NCBI GenBank assembly: GCA_010093605.1
Contig: MU004190.1
Coordinates: 1,434,961 to 1,498,960 of the forward strand
DNA: 64,000 bases
Direction of reading: 5' to 3'
From: Lophium mytilinum
Lineage: Eukaryota
This document shows, one piece after another, positions 22,914 through 36,021 of this stretch. The position numbers and the translations under genes are program-made. Below the pieces are notes generated by a model. That model saw nothing but the letters and a program-made list of their open reading frames with translations. It made no database searches and was not told the DNA's origin. Each line of letters opens with the position of its first letter. Positions within the stretch are counted from its first letter, which is position 1.

Positions 22914-23301
22914 ATGGCCCAAACCAACTACGACGCCCGCGCCATCATCCGCCGCGTGACCGCCCTCTCCTGCGACCTCACGGTCTACCAAGTCGTGCTC
23001 GAGTTCACCGCCGTCAGCCACGGCGAGATGACACTCCTGGACGGGGACATGATCCTCGTGGCACAGAAGCGAGAAGATGGTACGCCTCTTACGCTCTTTC
23101 TTCGAGGATGAACTGCTAATACTTGCGGAAGGGTGGTGGTATTGCGTGCAACTGGAGAACCTGGACGCTCAGGGCTGGGCCCGCAAGGAGAGCCTGGAGC
23201 CGTTCCAGCACCTGCAGTGGGCGGGGTACGGAGAGTGGGCCCCGGTGCCTATGGGGCCGAAGAGGGAGCTGCCGCCAAGGAGGCATTCGTGTATGTTCTG
23301 A
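22914..23301 (+). CDS. Small stand-alone SH3-like protein (~111 aa)
   Basis: Intron 23080-23131 (GTACGC...CTAAT...AAG). The spliced sequence YQVVLEFTAVSHGEMTLLDGDMILVAQKREDGWWYCVQLENLDAQGWARKESLE follows the SH3 pattern. Confidence 0.65.
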
Positions 23302-23559
23302 GCAGGAGGGTGGGTGCCTCTGTGGAGATGAGGTGGTTGCTTGCGGGACTTGTTGCGGCTCGTGGGAGTCTTTTCAGGAGGTAGGAGTTGAGGGGATGGT
23401 AGAGGAGTTTTGGAGGAGTAGATATGGTGCTGGAGGAGTTTTGGGAGTGTTATGGACGTGGGAAACCGGTGCGGAATGAGAGACGATTTGGGGAGTAATG
23501 GCAATGGCGTCTGAACAGGCCTGACTTTCGTGCGAATTTGATGAGTGATTGACGGTATT

Positions 23560-23840
23560 TAAGGTGCTATGGCTTACTGAGATTTTCCGGCAGAGATGTA
23601 GAAATCTGGACAGTAAGACTTGGGCAGGTGCTCAATTGCTGCTTTCGACCCTGTTATACCGCCGTCTGAGGCGTTCTGGCATACTGAGAATTCCCTGTAG
23701 AGATGTAAAGATTGGCACAGTAAGAATTGGACCGGTGCTTAATTGATCTTGTTGGCTCTATTATACCACCGTCTGAAGTACTTCAGTAGGCAGGAAGGAT
23801 TATAGGTAAGATGTAATATTTGAGGGTGTCAATAAGATTC
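23560..23840. repeat. Degenerate ~107-bp tandem repeat (~2.5 copies), non-coding
   Basis: tactgagattttccggcagagatgta...cagtaagacttgg...ggtgctcaattg...ttataccgccgtctga at 23575 versus tactgagaattccctgtagagatgta...cagtaagaattgg...ggtgcttaattg...ttataccaccgtctga at 23682. Confidence 0.75.
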
Positions 23841-24049
23841 GGGTTTGAATGCTCGTCATAGATCTTTACCTAAGAGCTGTGCCTTTTGAAAGTACGATTA
23901 GCTCCGAATGGCGCCCTTGGCATAATCAACTTCGAGAGGATCGTATGTAAAGAACTCAAGACTGTATATCAGGAGGCCAATCATAGGTTCGTGCTTGGGA
24001 AGCATACGTCGTTACCCCGTGCAGAGCTATGCGTTTTGATAGTACGGGA

Positions 24050-24300
24050 AACCTATGATGGGACCCCTGGCCTATCTGTTGTCCAAAATGGGCAATGTAA
24101 AGAAATTGAGGCTATAAATTGGACGGCAGCTCTTTGGGTCCGTGGTTTGACGCCCCTTCAAGAGCTGCGACGAGAGCTAGACGTTTTGATTGCGCTGAAG
24201 ACCCTGGATAGTACCCCTAGCCCATTCGTCTTTGGAAATAGATGATATCAAGAGGTCGAGGCTATAAATCCGGGGGCAGCTCTGGGTAGTTGTGTTTTAG
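24050..24300. repeat. Degenerate ~150-bp duplication, non-coding
   Basis: gaggctataaattggacggcagctct at 24108 versus gaggctataaatccgggggcagctct at 24258, each preceded by a similar acccct(g/a)gcc block. Confidence 0.6.
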
Positions 24301-25084
24301 GTTGATGAAAAGGTTGTCGCAAATCCATATCGTTAATCCCTCATCAAAGCAAAGTTTGGATTGGTGGATGTCAGCATCAGGGGACCTGGCTCATGGGTCA
24401 ACCCCCACATGAAACCTGTGACGAATGTTACATGGCTTGCACGCTGAGACGGGTTGACAGGCTGGCAATGAGACTGGATCGACGCGGAGTATGGAAGAGA
24501 CAACAGGTGGCCTTTGATGTGCACAATGCTAGCTGAGACAGACGTCTATGAGAGAAGCTCTCACCTGGCTCCCTCCTACCGGCTCTTAAGAGCTTCTAAT
24601 GCGAACTTTCGATGGCGCATCTGATGAGATATCTCAACGGTTGATAAGACATCCACCTCGGGAGATACTGATCAGAAATTGATACCCCTTTCCCCAGCGG
24701 TGTTCGTCCCAGAAGAGATTTCAGACAATTCCCGCAGTCTTTTCATTGACACAGGCCATTGGAGCCCGTTTCTGCACCCCGCTCCAGCACAGCAGCCAGG
24801 CTGGCATCACGGCGCTGCTCTCGCCCATCACACCAATACCTACCGCTGAGGTTGGAATAACGTGGGGTCGGGCTAGGGATATCTGGCGTCGTGGTCCAAT
24901 TAGCGCCCGCCTAGGGGCCCCGCGAACAGCACATTATTTGGCAGGGGCAGGCGCGTCCGAAACCTCCAACATCACCACCATCGAAGCCCTCGAGGGGGAC
25001 CTCCATCATCACCCCAACGCTGCGAGTGTCGCCAGTACTCGAGCTTCATCCCATTCCCGCAGCTACGCAGCCTGTCCAGACAGC

Positions 25085-28000
25085 ATGGCGGACATCACAG
25101 AGCAGCTACCCGTGGCTGCAGACACCAACGAAGCTACCCCTACGAATGCTGCAGAAGCTTCAACACCCTCCACGAAGCCCGATGCTGCTACGGCTGCAAA
25201 GAGGAAGACGACTGCCTCTAGTACAGCTTCGAAGCCAGACCTGGCTGCTCCCCGGCGGCCCCTTGCGTCCTCGGCAGCTGGGTCTGCAGCAAAACGCCCG
25301 ACGACCACATCCTCTCGACTATCCACAACGACCTCCAAGCCTCTGGCCACCCCTTCGGCACGTCAATCGACTCTGGGATCTAGTCTGAGCAAGCCCCCCA
25401 CGCGCCCAGTTTCAGGCTCGACAGTCCGGCGACCAGGTACCACCTCATCCTCGAAGACAGCGGGCTCAGATCACGATCATGACCTTGCCTCTCTCACCTC
25501 TGGGGATGAGAACAAGAAGCCGGGCCTCAATGGCACGCGGCGGACGTCAACACTGTCGTCGGCGACCACCAGGGCCTCACCTTCCAAGGCAGGTTCCGCC
25601 GCGGAGAGACGATCGACAATCGCACCGCCCAGCACGAGCGCACCCCGGCGCCCAGCAATATCGTCACGAACAAGTACAACAGATACAGGGACAGCTCGCC
25701 CGCCTCCGCGAATGTCGCTGGCGGCTGGGACTAGGCCGACAACGACGCGTCCCAGTACTACCGCCAAGGCGCCCACCACAACTCCACGAGTCGCTCCAGG
25801 TCACGCGAAAAAGCCTTCAACATCCTCCACTGCTTCGTCCACCATGGCTGCTAGCACACCCAGCCAGGCCAAAGGGTAGGCGATAACTTCTTCACTGTAC
25901 CCAAGCATTGCTAACTCAAGTGAATAGGAAATCTACCGCCTTGAGTGGACCTCCCATGGCCGACCTCTCGAAAGACAAGTCCGTGTCCGATGCCGAAGTC
26001 GAATTGCGATCTACACCCTTCTCTCCGTCTGAGGTTGAAGCTGTCGCTGAAGAGGCAACCAGACCAGACACTGCTCCCAGCGACTCTGTGACCGACGCCG
26101 ATCTCGAGGAAAGGAAGAAGAGGAGTGCAGAGATAATGCAGAACTTCCTGAAGGAGACCACCATGCGGGAAACTATGCAAGAAGAGAGCGACAAGCTCAA
26201 GAAAGATCTCGAGAAGCTTACAAAGGAAACCATAAAGCTCAAGAAGCAAGTGCTCGAGAAAGACAGCGTGATTGCAGAGAAAGAGAAGCTGTTGGCAGAC
26301 ACACAAGTACAGGGGCAGCCGAAGGCCTCACCTCTGCAGTCGTCCCTCATTGATCAAATGGAGAACAAGTTTGCGTTTGAGACCCGGGAGCTTCGTGACC
26401 AGAAGGAGAAGCTCGAGGGCGAACTTGCTACGGCCAAGGCCAAGAAGCAAGAGGTCAGTGAGACTGCAAAGCACGAAGCAGAGCACTCAACTGAACTTCA
26501 ACAGGTATTGGATCAGCTCGATGCTGAACTCGCGACTAAGGAAAAAGAGTGGGCGAATGAGAGGAAATCCTGGAGACAAAAACACGGAGACCAGCAAGCC
26601 TCAATCGATGGGCTGAAAAAAGAGAAGGCTGAGCTAGCGAGCGGTTTCGACGCACACAAGGCGACGTATGAGGCTTTGAAACTGCAACATTCCGAGGCTG
26701 AAGCGGCCGTGGAAGATCTCCAGATCAAACTTTCCACACTGAGCAAAGACCATACCGACGAGCTCAACACTCTCAAAGGAGACCACGAGACCGCTCAACA
26801 AGCGCTTTCCGATCTGCAGGACCAACTCGCTAAACTTCAGAAGAAACACACCGACGAGATCAGAGAACGGGATGAGGATATCGAGAAATTCAAAGAAATC
26901 AGGGAGGCCTTGGAAGGGAAACTTGCTGCACAAGCCCTGCAACACAAAGAGGCCCTCGAGGAAACTGAACGGTCCTTCAACGAGAAGCATACCGAGTCGC
27001 GATCCCTCGTCGACGATCTACAGTCCCAGATCACCTCTCTCCAACAAAGCCATAGTGACGAGTTGAACGAACACAAACAGACGGCGGAAACACGTACAAA
27101 ACAATTGCAAGAAGAGCTAGAGGCTCTACAAAGTCAATCCAGCGAGACAATCAAAAGCTTGGAGAAATCCCACCAAGAGCAGACGACGAAGCTGCAAGAA
27201 GAACTCCGTACCCGGGGCGAAGAGCATGAGAATGTCCTGCATGCCAAAGACGAGGAAGTGTCGAAACACGTCAATACCCTGGACAGGCTGCAGGACCAGA
27301 TCAAGTCCCTCCAACAAGGCGAAACCGATGGTAGCAAGATTGTGGAAGACCTCCAGCAACAGAACGGGGACCTCCAGGAGCAGATTGCGGACCTCAAGCG
27401 CTCCCACGCGGATGCGCTGAAGGCCAAAACGGATGAGGCCGAAGAGCTCTCGAAACAACTCGATTACGTGAACGACCAGCTCGCCTCTGACGCCGCGGAC
27501 CTTGAACGCCTAAAGGACGAGAACGAAAGCCTCAAGAAGTCCATCGAAACTTTCGAAAAGTTCTCCCAGCAGCAGGACGCCGAATCCTCTACGGTTCGAG
27601 CTGAGCTTGAGGAAGCGAAACAGAAGGTTGAGAAACTTAAGTCTGAGCTTGATGCCGCCCAAGACCGACACAATCAGGACCTTCAAGCCATTGGAAAAGA
27701 CCATGACGAAGAGATTGAATCAATACGGGCTGACCTGGAAGGAGATGCTAAGAAACAGTTTGACGCACTCCAAGCCAAACATGACTCGCTGTTGGAGGAA
27801 AAGACCGTCGCGGAGGCCAAGCATGACGCTGTTGAGAAGGAGAAAGAGAAGCTGCTCAGCGAACATAAACAAGACCTCGAAGCTTCAAAAGCTAAATCGG
27901 AGACTCTGGAAAAGGAGCTGATTGACGTCAAGACTGAAAAAGAGACTGTGTACGCAGAAAAGAAGGTTGCCGAGGAAGCGCATGCCACTTCTCAGGAAGC

Positions 28001-30257
28001 GATTATCAGCCTCCAGACGCAACTCGATATTCTACTCGAAGAAAAGAAAGCTGCCGAGGAAGCGCATACTTTGGCGATCGAGGCACTTAAGGCCGACACC
28101 GACGCTTCCTCTAGAAAAGCTCTTGAGGATCTTCAGACGAAACATGATGCTCTACTTGAGGAAAAGAAAGCCACCGAAGAAGCACACGGTTTGGCGATTG
28201 AGGCGCTCAAAGCTGATACCGAAGCTTCCTCCAGACAGCTTATTGATGATCTGCAGGCGAAACACGACACCTTGTTGACGGAGAAGACCGCTGCCGAAGA
28301 AGCACACGGTTTGGCAATCGAGGCCTTGAAGGCCGACACCGATTCTTCGTCTCAAAAGTTAATCGACGACCTCCAGGCCAAGCACGACGCTCTTCTAGAA
28401 GAAAAGATGACGATTGAAGCGAAGCATAAAGCCGAATTGAAAGACTTGGAGAAAGAGATGGACGATAACGCAAGCACGTTTATCAATGACATGCAGAAGA
28501 AGTTTGTGACACTTACCGAAGAGAAGGACAAAGCCGCGGAACAACATCTACTGGAATTGTCGTCTTTGCAAACAGAATTGGATTCAGCTCACAAGATTTC
28601 TATCGCCGATCTACAAGGCAAACACGATGCCCTCGTTGCTGAGAACACGGAGCTCGAACAATCTCATGCCGACTCTATTGCTCATCTTACCGATTCGTTG
28701 AAGGCTGACCATACCGAAGCACTAGCTAGTCTTCAATCCAAGCACGACGAACTGACCGAGAAGCTCTCTGGCACCGAAAAGGCCCACGCGGATGCGATTG
28801 CCCTGCTTAGAGAAGAACTCAAGGATGGTCACTCCAATGACCTCGCTGCTGTGCAGGCCAAGCTCGGCGAAATCCAAGCTCAATATGAGCAGCTTTCAGA
28901 GGAAAAGGCTGCGGCTGAGAAGGCTCATGAAGAGGCGGTTGTCGAGCTAACGAAGGGAATGGAGAGCAGTTCGTCGGAAGCTTTAAAGGAGGTGGAAGCG
29001 AAATATGAGCAGGCTCTTGCACGAGAGAAAGAGTTAGAGCTCAAGCATGCTGAGGAGGTGGAGAGTCTAAAGTCTAGTCTCGAGGAAACTTACATTCAAC
29101 GCCTACAGGAGAAAGAAGAGAAACTGAAGGCCTTGGAGGAGGGCCTGACAGCCAAAGACGACGTTCTTGGCAAGCACGAGGAGAGCTTAAGCAAACTGTC
29201 CAAGGCCCTTAAATCAACCCGACAAGAACTCGCAACAGCTGAACAACGCTTGAAGAATGCTGGGGAGTCGAATGCCGCCTCACTCCTAGATGCGCAGTCC
29301 AATCATGCGAAGGAACTTGAAGATGTCGTCAATCAGCACCGCCAAGAGATAGCACAGGCCCTCCAAGAGCACGAACGGAAATATGATAGCGAGCGCGCCA
29401 ACAAGGCCGCATATTCTGCTCGGGTGGCTCATCTGTTGGGGATTATTGAGGATGGCATTGTACCAGGAGATGACGGTAGCGAAAAATCTCCACCGGTGGG
29501 GGGGAAGTTCGAAGACTTCGCAGCAGAGGCCGATGAAGATCCAGAAGAGGCTATTAAGCAGCTGGCTCAAAAACTTCAGAGCTTCTTCAAGCATCACGAG
29601 GAAACCATGAAGGCAGATGAGGACCTTCAGATACAACATGTTGATGTTGTGAAAGAGCGAGATGGGTTGGTGCGCGAGATGGAGCGGATGAAGGGCGATG
29701 TAGTGCGCAAGCACCTCGCAATGATCGAACCGCTAGAAAAAGAGAATGAGCGCCTCAAGGAGAAGAACACGAGGCTCGAGAATATACTCTCTGCGGGAGA
29801 TCGCGTCGCTCGCGCTGCCGCCACTCTCGGCGAGCCCAGGACTATCGAGACGGTCGCCGAGGCTGATGAGGAGAGCGACGAAGGGGAGCAGGCCGGTCAG
29901 GGTGCTGATGCGGATTCGGTGTGGTCGGGTGCCGATGCTGGGACTGAAGCTGGTGGACTTGAGACAGGTGAGTCCGCTCACGCTGGCGAGTTTAGTGTTG
30001 GTGGAGAGGAGGAGAGGCGGCCTAGAGAAGCCCTCGGCACTGTCAGCAACCCTCCTCGTCTCCGATCGGGCAAGCCTGCTAACTCGCCCCGGCAGATGGC
30101 CAAAATGCAAGAAGCCCTACGACAGCTTAACGAGCTCAATGACGACGCTCTCGCCGAGAGTTCGCGGGCGGCGGCGGCGTTGTCGAGGCGGGCGGGCGCG
30201 CGGATCCAGCAGAGGGATGCGGACAGGGATGCGGACAGCAGCAATGAGGAGTTGTAA
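25085..30257 (+). CDS. Large (~1700 aa) coiled-coil protein with basic S/T/P/R-rich N-terminal region and internal 40-aa repeats
   Basis: ATG 25085 (MADITEQ). Intron 25876-25927 leads into the 1449-aa E/K/L/H-rich ORF. A further in-frame intron is likely near 30042-30095. Confidence 0.85.
28033..28870 (+). repeat. 120-bp (40-aa) coding tandem repeats, three near-identical and at least four diverged
   Basis: LLEEKKAAEEAHTLAIEALKADTDASSRKALEDLQTKHDA / LLEEKKATEEAHGLAIEALKADTEASSRQLIDDLQAKHDT / LLTEKTAAEEAHGLAIEALKADTDSSSQKLIDDLQAKHDA and further diverged copies. Confidence 0.9.
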
Positions 30258-31138
30258 AAAGAGGCTAAGCGCGTGTGTTTTTTTGTCTTCTAGGAGCTGG
30301 AGCGACCACCGCTGCGAGCCGCAACAACAACGAGAACACGCGGCATCTGGGATCCTTCATACATACTACCACGACGACGATTTTTTACTCTATACCCCTG
30401 TGAGCCCGCCCGCCTACCTGAGAGGGCGGGCCTGGCTTTTTTCTCCTTCCCGTTTCTGGGTTCCTGCGATTATATCCTGAAATCACCAATGCGCTGCAGA
30501 CGGAGAGCGAGCGGATCCCCTTTTCCTTCCTGACTGAGACTTGTTGCGCTTTCGGCGTGCGTATACCCCTGTGGACGAATGGATGGAGTGAGCGGATGGG
30601 TGGGCGAGGCGTTTGGGATTCTTTGAAGGGGGATTGTGTGTAGTTACAAAAATGGAATGAGTTTGAGATGGGTCTGTTCTTTCAAGATTCGTGTGAGCGT
30701 GAGCGTTATGGTGCCTTAATTGGGCTAGTGTCAGGTTTGCTTGACGCCGTTTGAGGTGCTCTAGGGAGGCTGGTGGGTGGGCAAGACGATAAGGGGGTGG
30801 CGCGTTTGGATGCGCGAGAATGCGGCGGGAAGTGGCAGAGCGCTATACGCAGGTGTTGGGGTCGGTTATACCCCTTAGTGATGCGCGGTACTGACGGAGT
30901 CTCTAGGATACGATCGCGAAAAGGGAATACGGGTCCTCAGCATTCTCGGAGCCAGAAGGCGGCGCGCATTCTTAGGTCTGGTTAGGACTTTGTGTATATG
31001 CTGTTTGAGGGAGCATCAACAGGATCGGATGCTGAGTATTTCTTTCGTTCATACGATGCTAATGTAAAAAAATTCTAGATGGAGACCTTTGTTCGCTAAT
31101 TACGCTATGCAAGTCAAATGCTATGCAAAATCGAACCC

Positions 31139-32737
31139 CTAATCCTCCAACACCGGCGCAAACTTTGACCGCTTCCTTAACGCCAACCCGTACTTCCAAA
31201 ACAGCAATGGCACCGGTATCGCCATAATCGCCACCGCCCCCAGAATCGACGACGCCGGCCCAACGCCCAGGTTGTGGAACATCGGCTGCGCCGCCAACGG
31301 CAGCCCAGCGGCCATTAAGCTTCTCAGAAAGGTATTCGCCGACACGGCGCTCGCGGCATACAGGCCGTACGTATCAATGAGGAAGTTGATGCACTGCTGG
31401 AAGATGAGATTGAAGCCACCGCCGATGAACGCCGCTGCGATCGTCGGCAGCGACCAATGGTATTTCGGGTCAGCGGTCCAGCCGAACCAGAAGAGGCCGA
31501 TAGGGAAGATGAAGCTGCCTGCGATCATGGGCGGGAGTCGGGCTTCGGGGACGGGTCGCCCCTTTGCGGCGAGGGAGATGCGGCGGTAGCGAGGTTCGTT
31601 GGCGAGGTTGAAGGAGCCGAAGAGCATGATGCCGACGAGCAGGCCGAGGAAGGGGAGGCTTCCGACGACGGGAAAGTAGCCGCGGTTTTCTTCGAAGACG
31701 ATGGGGAAGACTTCGATGGTGAGGTAGAGGATGCCGTAGACGAAGGAGGCGTAGAAGGCAATGCAGGTGACCATTGGTTCGGTGAACAGCATTTTCAGGG
31801 GCCGGGAGAGGTGTTTGGTGAGGATGCTCTTCGCGTCGAGCTTCATGTGCTCATGCGGGTGGAAGTAGGCTTCGTTGCCGGTTTCTTTACGCTTGGCCTG
31901 CGCTTTCCATTTCAGGAGGACGGGGCTGTAGACTTCAGGCAAGCAAAAGACGGTGAGGGCGAAGGTGGCGAAGACCCATATTGCTGTGATGTACTCGGTC
32001 CAGCGCCAGCCTAGGGAAGGGTTCACAAGGAGGGCGGAGCCGATGACGGGTCCGATGGTTGGGCCGCCGACGACCATGATGCCGTAGAAGTTGATGGCGG
32101 TGCCGCGGACGCTGGGATCCCAGATGTCGCCGAGCGCGGCGGATACATTGCTCACGGGAGCAGAACCGAAGAGGCCGGCAAAGAAACGAGTGAGGAAGAT
32201 GGAGGCGGCGTTCTTGCTGACGGCGGTGCCGATGGAGAAGAGTCCTAGGATGAAGAAGGCGGGGAGGATGCTCCAGCGACGGCCCCAGATTTCAGAGATG
32301 GGGCCCCAGCATAGAGGGCCAAAACCAAAGCCCACACTAGACGAGGGATTAGAGATTTGCTGAGCATGGTAGAGAGAAGGAACTTACATGTACAAAGAGA
32401 CTGATAATACTGAAACCTCACGGCTCACACCCACGTACTCCGCTATCGTATTTCCAGCGGGAGCTATAATGCTGGAAGCCGTACTCGCGGCCAAAGCCAG
32501 TAAGCCCAGTTGAATAGTAATCCATACTTTGTACGCAGGTTTCCAATTCCTGGGATTCGTGGGGTCGTCTTCCTCAAACTTCACCAAATAGCGGTCGTCC
32601 CCATCGGCCTGTAGTTCCTTTTCTCCTTGGGGTATGGCGGCTTCCTCATCGCGAATAACGCCATCTGACGCCAGCTGTACTTCCTCCTCTTTTGATTTCG
32701 AAGCTATCGATGAAGCGGGGGATGTATTTCTTGACAT
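31139..32737 (-). CDS. MFS multidrug transporter, DHA1 (12-TM) family
   Basis: Motifs DDPTNPRNW, GPISEIWGRR, LGWRW, PEVYSPVLL, PEARL and YAASAVSANTFLRS. One intron near 32387-32337. Confidence 0.92.
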
Positions 32738-33477
32738 TGCAAAGGTATCGGCCAAACTAGAATGATGAATGAAGGCATGATGAAGGGTTGCGGCGGTATT
32801 ATGTATGGCGCTGGCTGAAGCTATCGGTCCTCGAGCACGGTAAATGCGGCATGTGAGATGGACGCCTTCGTTGACGTCAAGCAGGGGCAACGGCAACTAG
32901 CAGCCGGCGGAGATGTGCGAAGCTTCTTTTTTTCGAGGTTGCAGCCCGCGTAGTCGTGAGAACGGTGGGTATATCCTGTCACGCGCGGATTATAACTCTC
33001 GGCCTTCGCCTACAACACAGGCCGAATGCTTTTTTCGCGATGGAGATGGCGAGAATATCTCCTCCGAGCTCGGATTAAATTGTCTCGTGGGTACGCGTCT
33101 TTTGAAGAGGCGTGGAAGACGGAATTAGGGGGTATGAGTCCCTCACTCCGCGGCCGCTTGATGGCCGATATCGCCGGCATATTCGAGCTGTACTGTCTGA
33201 GGAGATGCACGATGCAGAAAATAGATACGAGCTAAGGACGTGAATCTATAATTATTTACAGGAAATGGCTGATCTGATACGCTCGAAAACACCTAGGGAC
33301 GGTTTCGTCTACCTATCGTTTTCCGTCACATGCTAGACGTTGTGCCTCCGCATGTACTGTCTGCAACGAAAAACCTAGAGTTCTAGCCGCTCACTAGCTC
33401 CTCATGTATCTGCGTACACCGTCTTGCCGCTTCCAGCAAAGAGTTTTCGCAATACCATCGCGAGGCATGGTACGCCC

Positions 33478-35246
33478 TCACTTTCGGGCCAGATTCGTGT
33501 GCAGGAAATGCTCCTTCATCCCCAGACTTACAACCGCGCCGAGAACCGCAATCCCGAGCGCTGTACCCCACACGCCTCTGAACGCAGTCATGTAACACTC
33601 TATCGCAGCGTCTTTCCATTCTGGAGGCAGGTTCTTCACCTCGTCAATGCTGTCTCGGATCCGAGCAATGATCTCTGCGGCGCCCTCCTCATTGCCAAAC
33701 GTCGCCCACAGCTGTGACTTGAGAACGTTCTGGAACACGGCTGACGCAATGGTGATCCCGATTGTGCTGCCAGTGGAGCGGAAAGCATAGGAAGCTGACG
33801 TGATGACGGCCTGGTGTTCGTGGTCTACTGCAGCAATGAACGCAAGCAGAGTAACTGTAAGCATTCCGCCGTATCCGACTCCGGAGAGGAAAAGGTAGAT
33901 GAGTGGCGGTATAACGGGGGTACTTGCGCTGAATGTTGCGGCTATTAAGATGTACGGAGTAACCAGGATCACCTCAATCATCGCGTTGAGTATGTAGTAG
34001 CGGCCTGTCGCTTTGATGATTAACCCGGTGCCTAAAGAGCCGACAGCAGCTCCAACGGATGTCGGGATGATGCGAGCCCCTGCCTGTGAGCTCGAGAGAC
34101 CCCGGGCCTGGAAGTAAACAGGGACGTAGAACGTTATCATCATGGCTGACATCGTACAAAACCAATTCGTGAGACATCCACAGGCCACGGTACGGTCGAC
34201 GAGGAGCCGGACGGGAATGATAGGCTCGGCTGCAACGCGGTCTTCCACGTAGATGAAGAGGCCTAGGAAGACAGCTGACAAGGGCAGCGAAACCAACACA
34301 AGAGGGTGCGTCCAAGGGACCACATTTCCTCCAGAATTTAGGCCGAGGAGCAGAAGGACGACCGCAACAACGAGAGTACCGGCACCGAGGAAGTCGACCC
34401 GTCTGATCCTGGAAACGCTCTTTTCCTTCACAGGTATCTTCACCGTGAACCAGACCAGAGCGCACGATACGACAACGAATGGGACTTGTATAAGGAAGGC
34501 GTTGCGCCAGCCCCATGTGTCAGAGATCCACCCGCCTAAAACTCCTCCAACGCCCATGCCTAGGCCGTAGAATAGATTACCAATGCCCTGCCAAACGCCT
34601 CGGTTGCGCAGAGGAATAATATCAGTTGTCACGAAGGTTGATATAGCTGTGAGGCCGCTGTACACGGTTAGCAATGCACTTTTGGACGTCAAACAATGTG
34701 AATTGATTGCATAGTGTGGGAAGCTCACCCTCCTCCCATTCCCGCAACTACACGCCCGAAAATGACCACCCATTGGTTCGTAGCTAGGCCACAAATCAAG
34801 TTCCCTGCAGCGAAGAATATGTTGGAGAAAATCAATCCCGTCCTCCGAGAGAAGATATCGGTCAAGCGGCCGCTGAGCGGTTGGAGGGCCGCGTTGGCTA
34901 TATAATAGGATGACGCGACCCAAGACAGCAGGGTCAGGGAATGGAAGGAGTTGGAGATTGGGGCGGCGAGGGTAGCGACCATGGTGCCATCTGGGAGCTG
35001 TTAATGATGATACTGATGCTTTGCGCTCGTGGTATACATACCTGCTGCCGCTAGAAACACGCCCATCCATATACTCGCGAGGGTGAGGACCGCCTTGCTG
35101 GTGCTGTAACCTTCTGCAATTGGCGTCGCACCCTCCTCGTTTTCTTCGCCATTGGCATCTCCTCTTTCAATTGAACCATTGTCGGGAATGGGATCTCCTA
35201 GGAGAGGGCTTTGTTCGGTAGGGCGCTCATCCTGGGACGTCGACAT
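33478..35246 (-). CDS. MFS transporter, DHA2/VBA-like (14-TM) family
   Basis: EQSPLL sorting-like N-terminus, QPLSGRLTDIFSRR, GRVVAGMGGG, RVDFLGA, AEPIIPVRL and AFRSTGSTIG. Two introns. Confidence 0.9.
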
Positions 35247-36021
35247 GTTGATACTTGAAGACGTTTCTCTGAAGTATCACGGGAAGTCCATCTGCAGGTC
35301 TTAGAGAGCCGTCGTCGATCAAAGGTGGGATACGCATTGTTGTGGCGGGCTGACATGAGTCAGCTTTCAGCAAGCTCCCCTCCCTTTGAAGTTCGCGGGA
35401 TTCCGGGTCCCGCCGCAGACCTCCGACATCCTCTTCCAACCCACTTCGTACCACGTACCTACAAGCAAAGGATTTTAGAATCTGCAAACACCACTTTTCA
35501 CTTCCGTGAGTAGAAGCACGCTGAGACACTAGCGCGTGCACTAGTGCTATAAACTCTGGGTTCATATTCTATAACCGAGCTTCTTCACCCCTTCTGCTCA
35601 ACTTAAGCTTACCATTCTGAGCCCTACGGCGTCGATTCAATGTTATCGATGATGATGCGGCCAAGTAAACCTTTGAGTGAAGACAGGTCAATATTGTGGT
35701 TAACATACGCTTAAGCGTGGACACCCATTGGTAAAGGCATAGCTTTCTTTTCCACCTTTTCGATTATATGATGTAGGAAGGAGCACGTTTTGAATAATTT
35801 CAATGAGGCTATGAGTTGATTGGTTTGGTCAGATACGCAGGGTCTGTAAAAGAGCCCAGTCATTGGTTCAGTTCATTGATCACGCTGCTCGAAATCATGT
35901 GCACTCCAGAAATGTGGAGACATGCGGCACAGCACAGCCCAAACTTAGACTTCCTTCTCACACGGTGAGGGTTTTCCGACTACCTCAGCGTGGTTTTACC
36001 GGTTGCTATCCACTGCCTTCC

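Noticed and set aside
1..24500. Starship or other giant mobile element as the explanation of the accessory-like block
   Set aside because: No tyrosine-recombinase captain, transposase or element boundary is visible in this window, so it cannot be supported here.
25911..34570. Long antisense and alternate-frame ORFs within the coiled-coil and MFS genes
   Set aside because: These are shadows of codon bias in the real genes on the opposite strand or frame.
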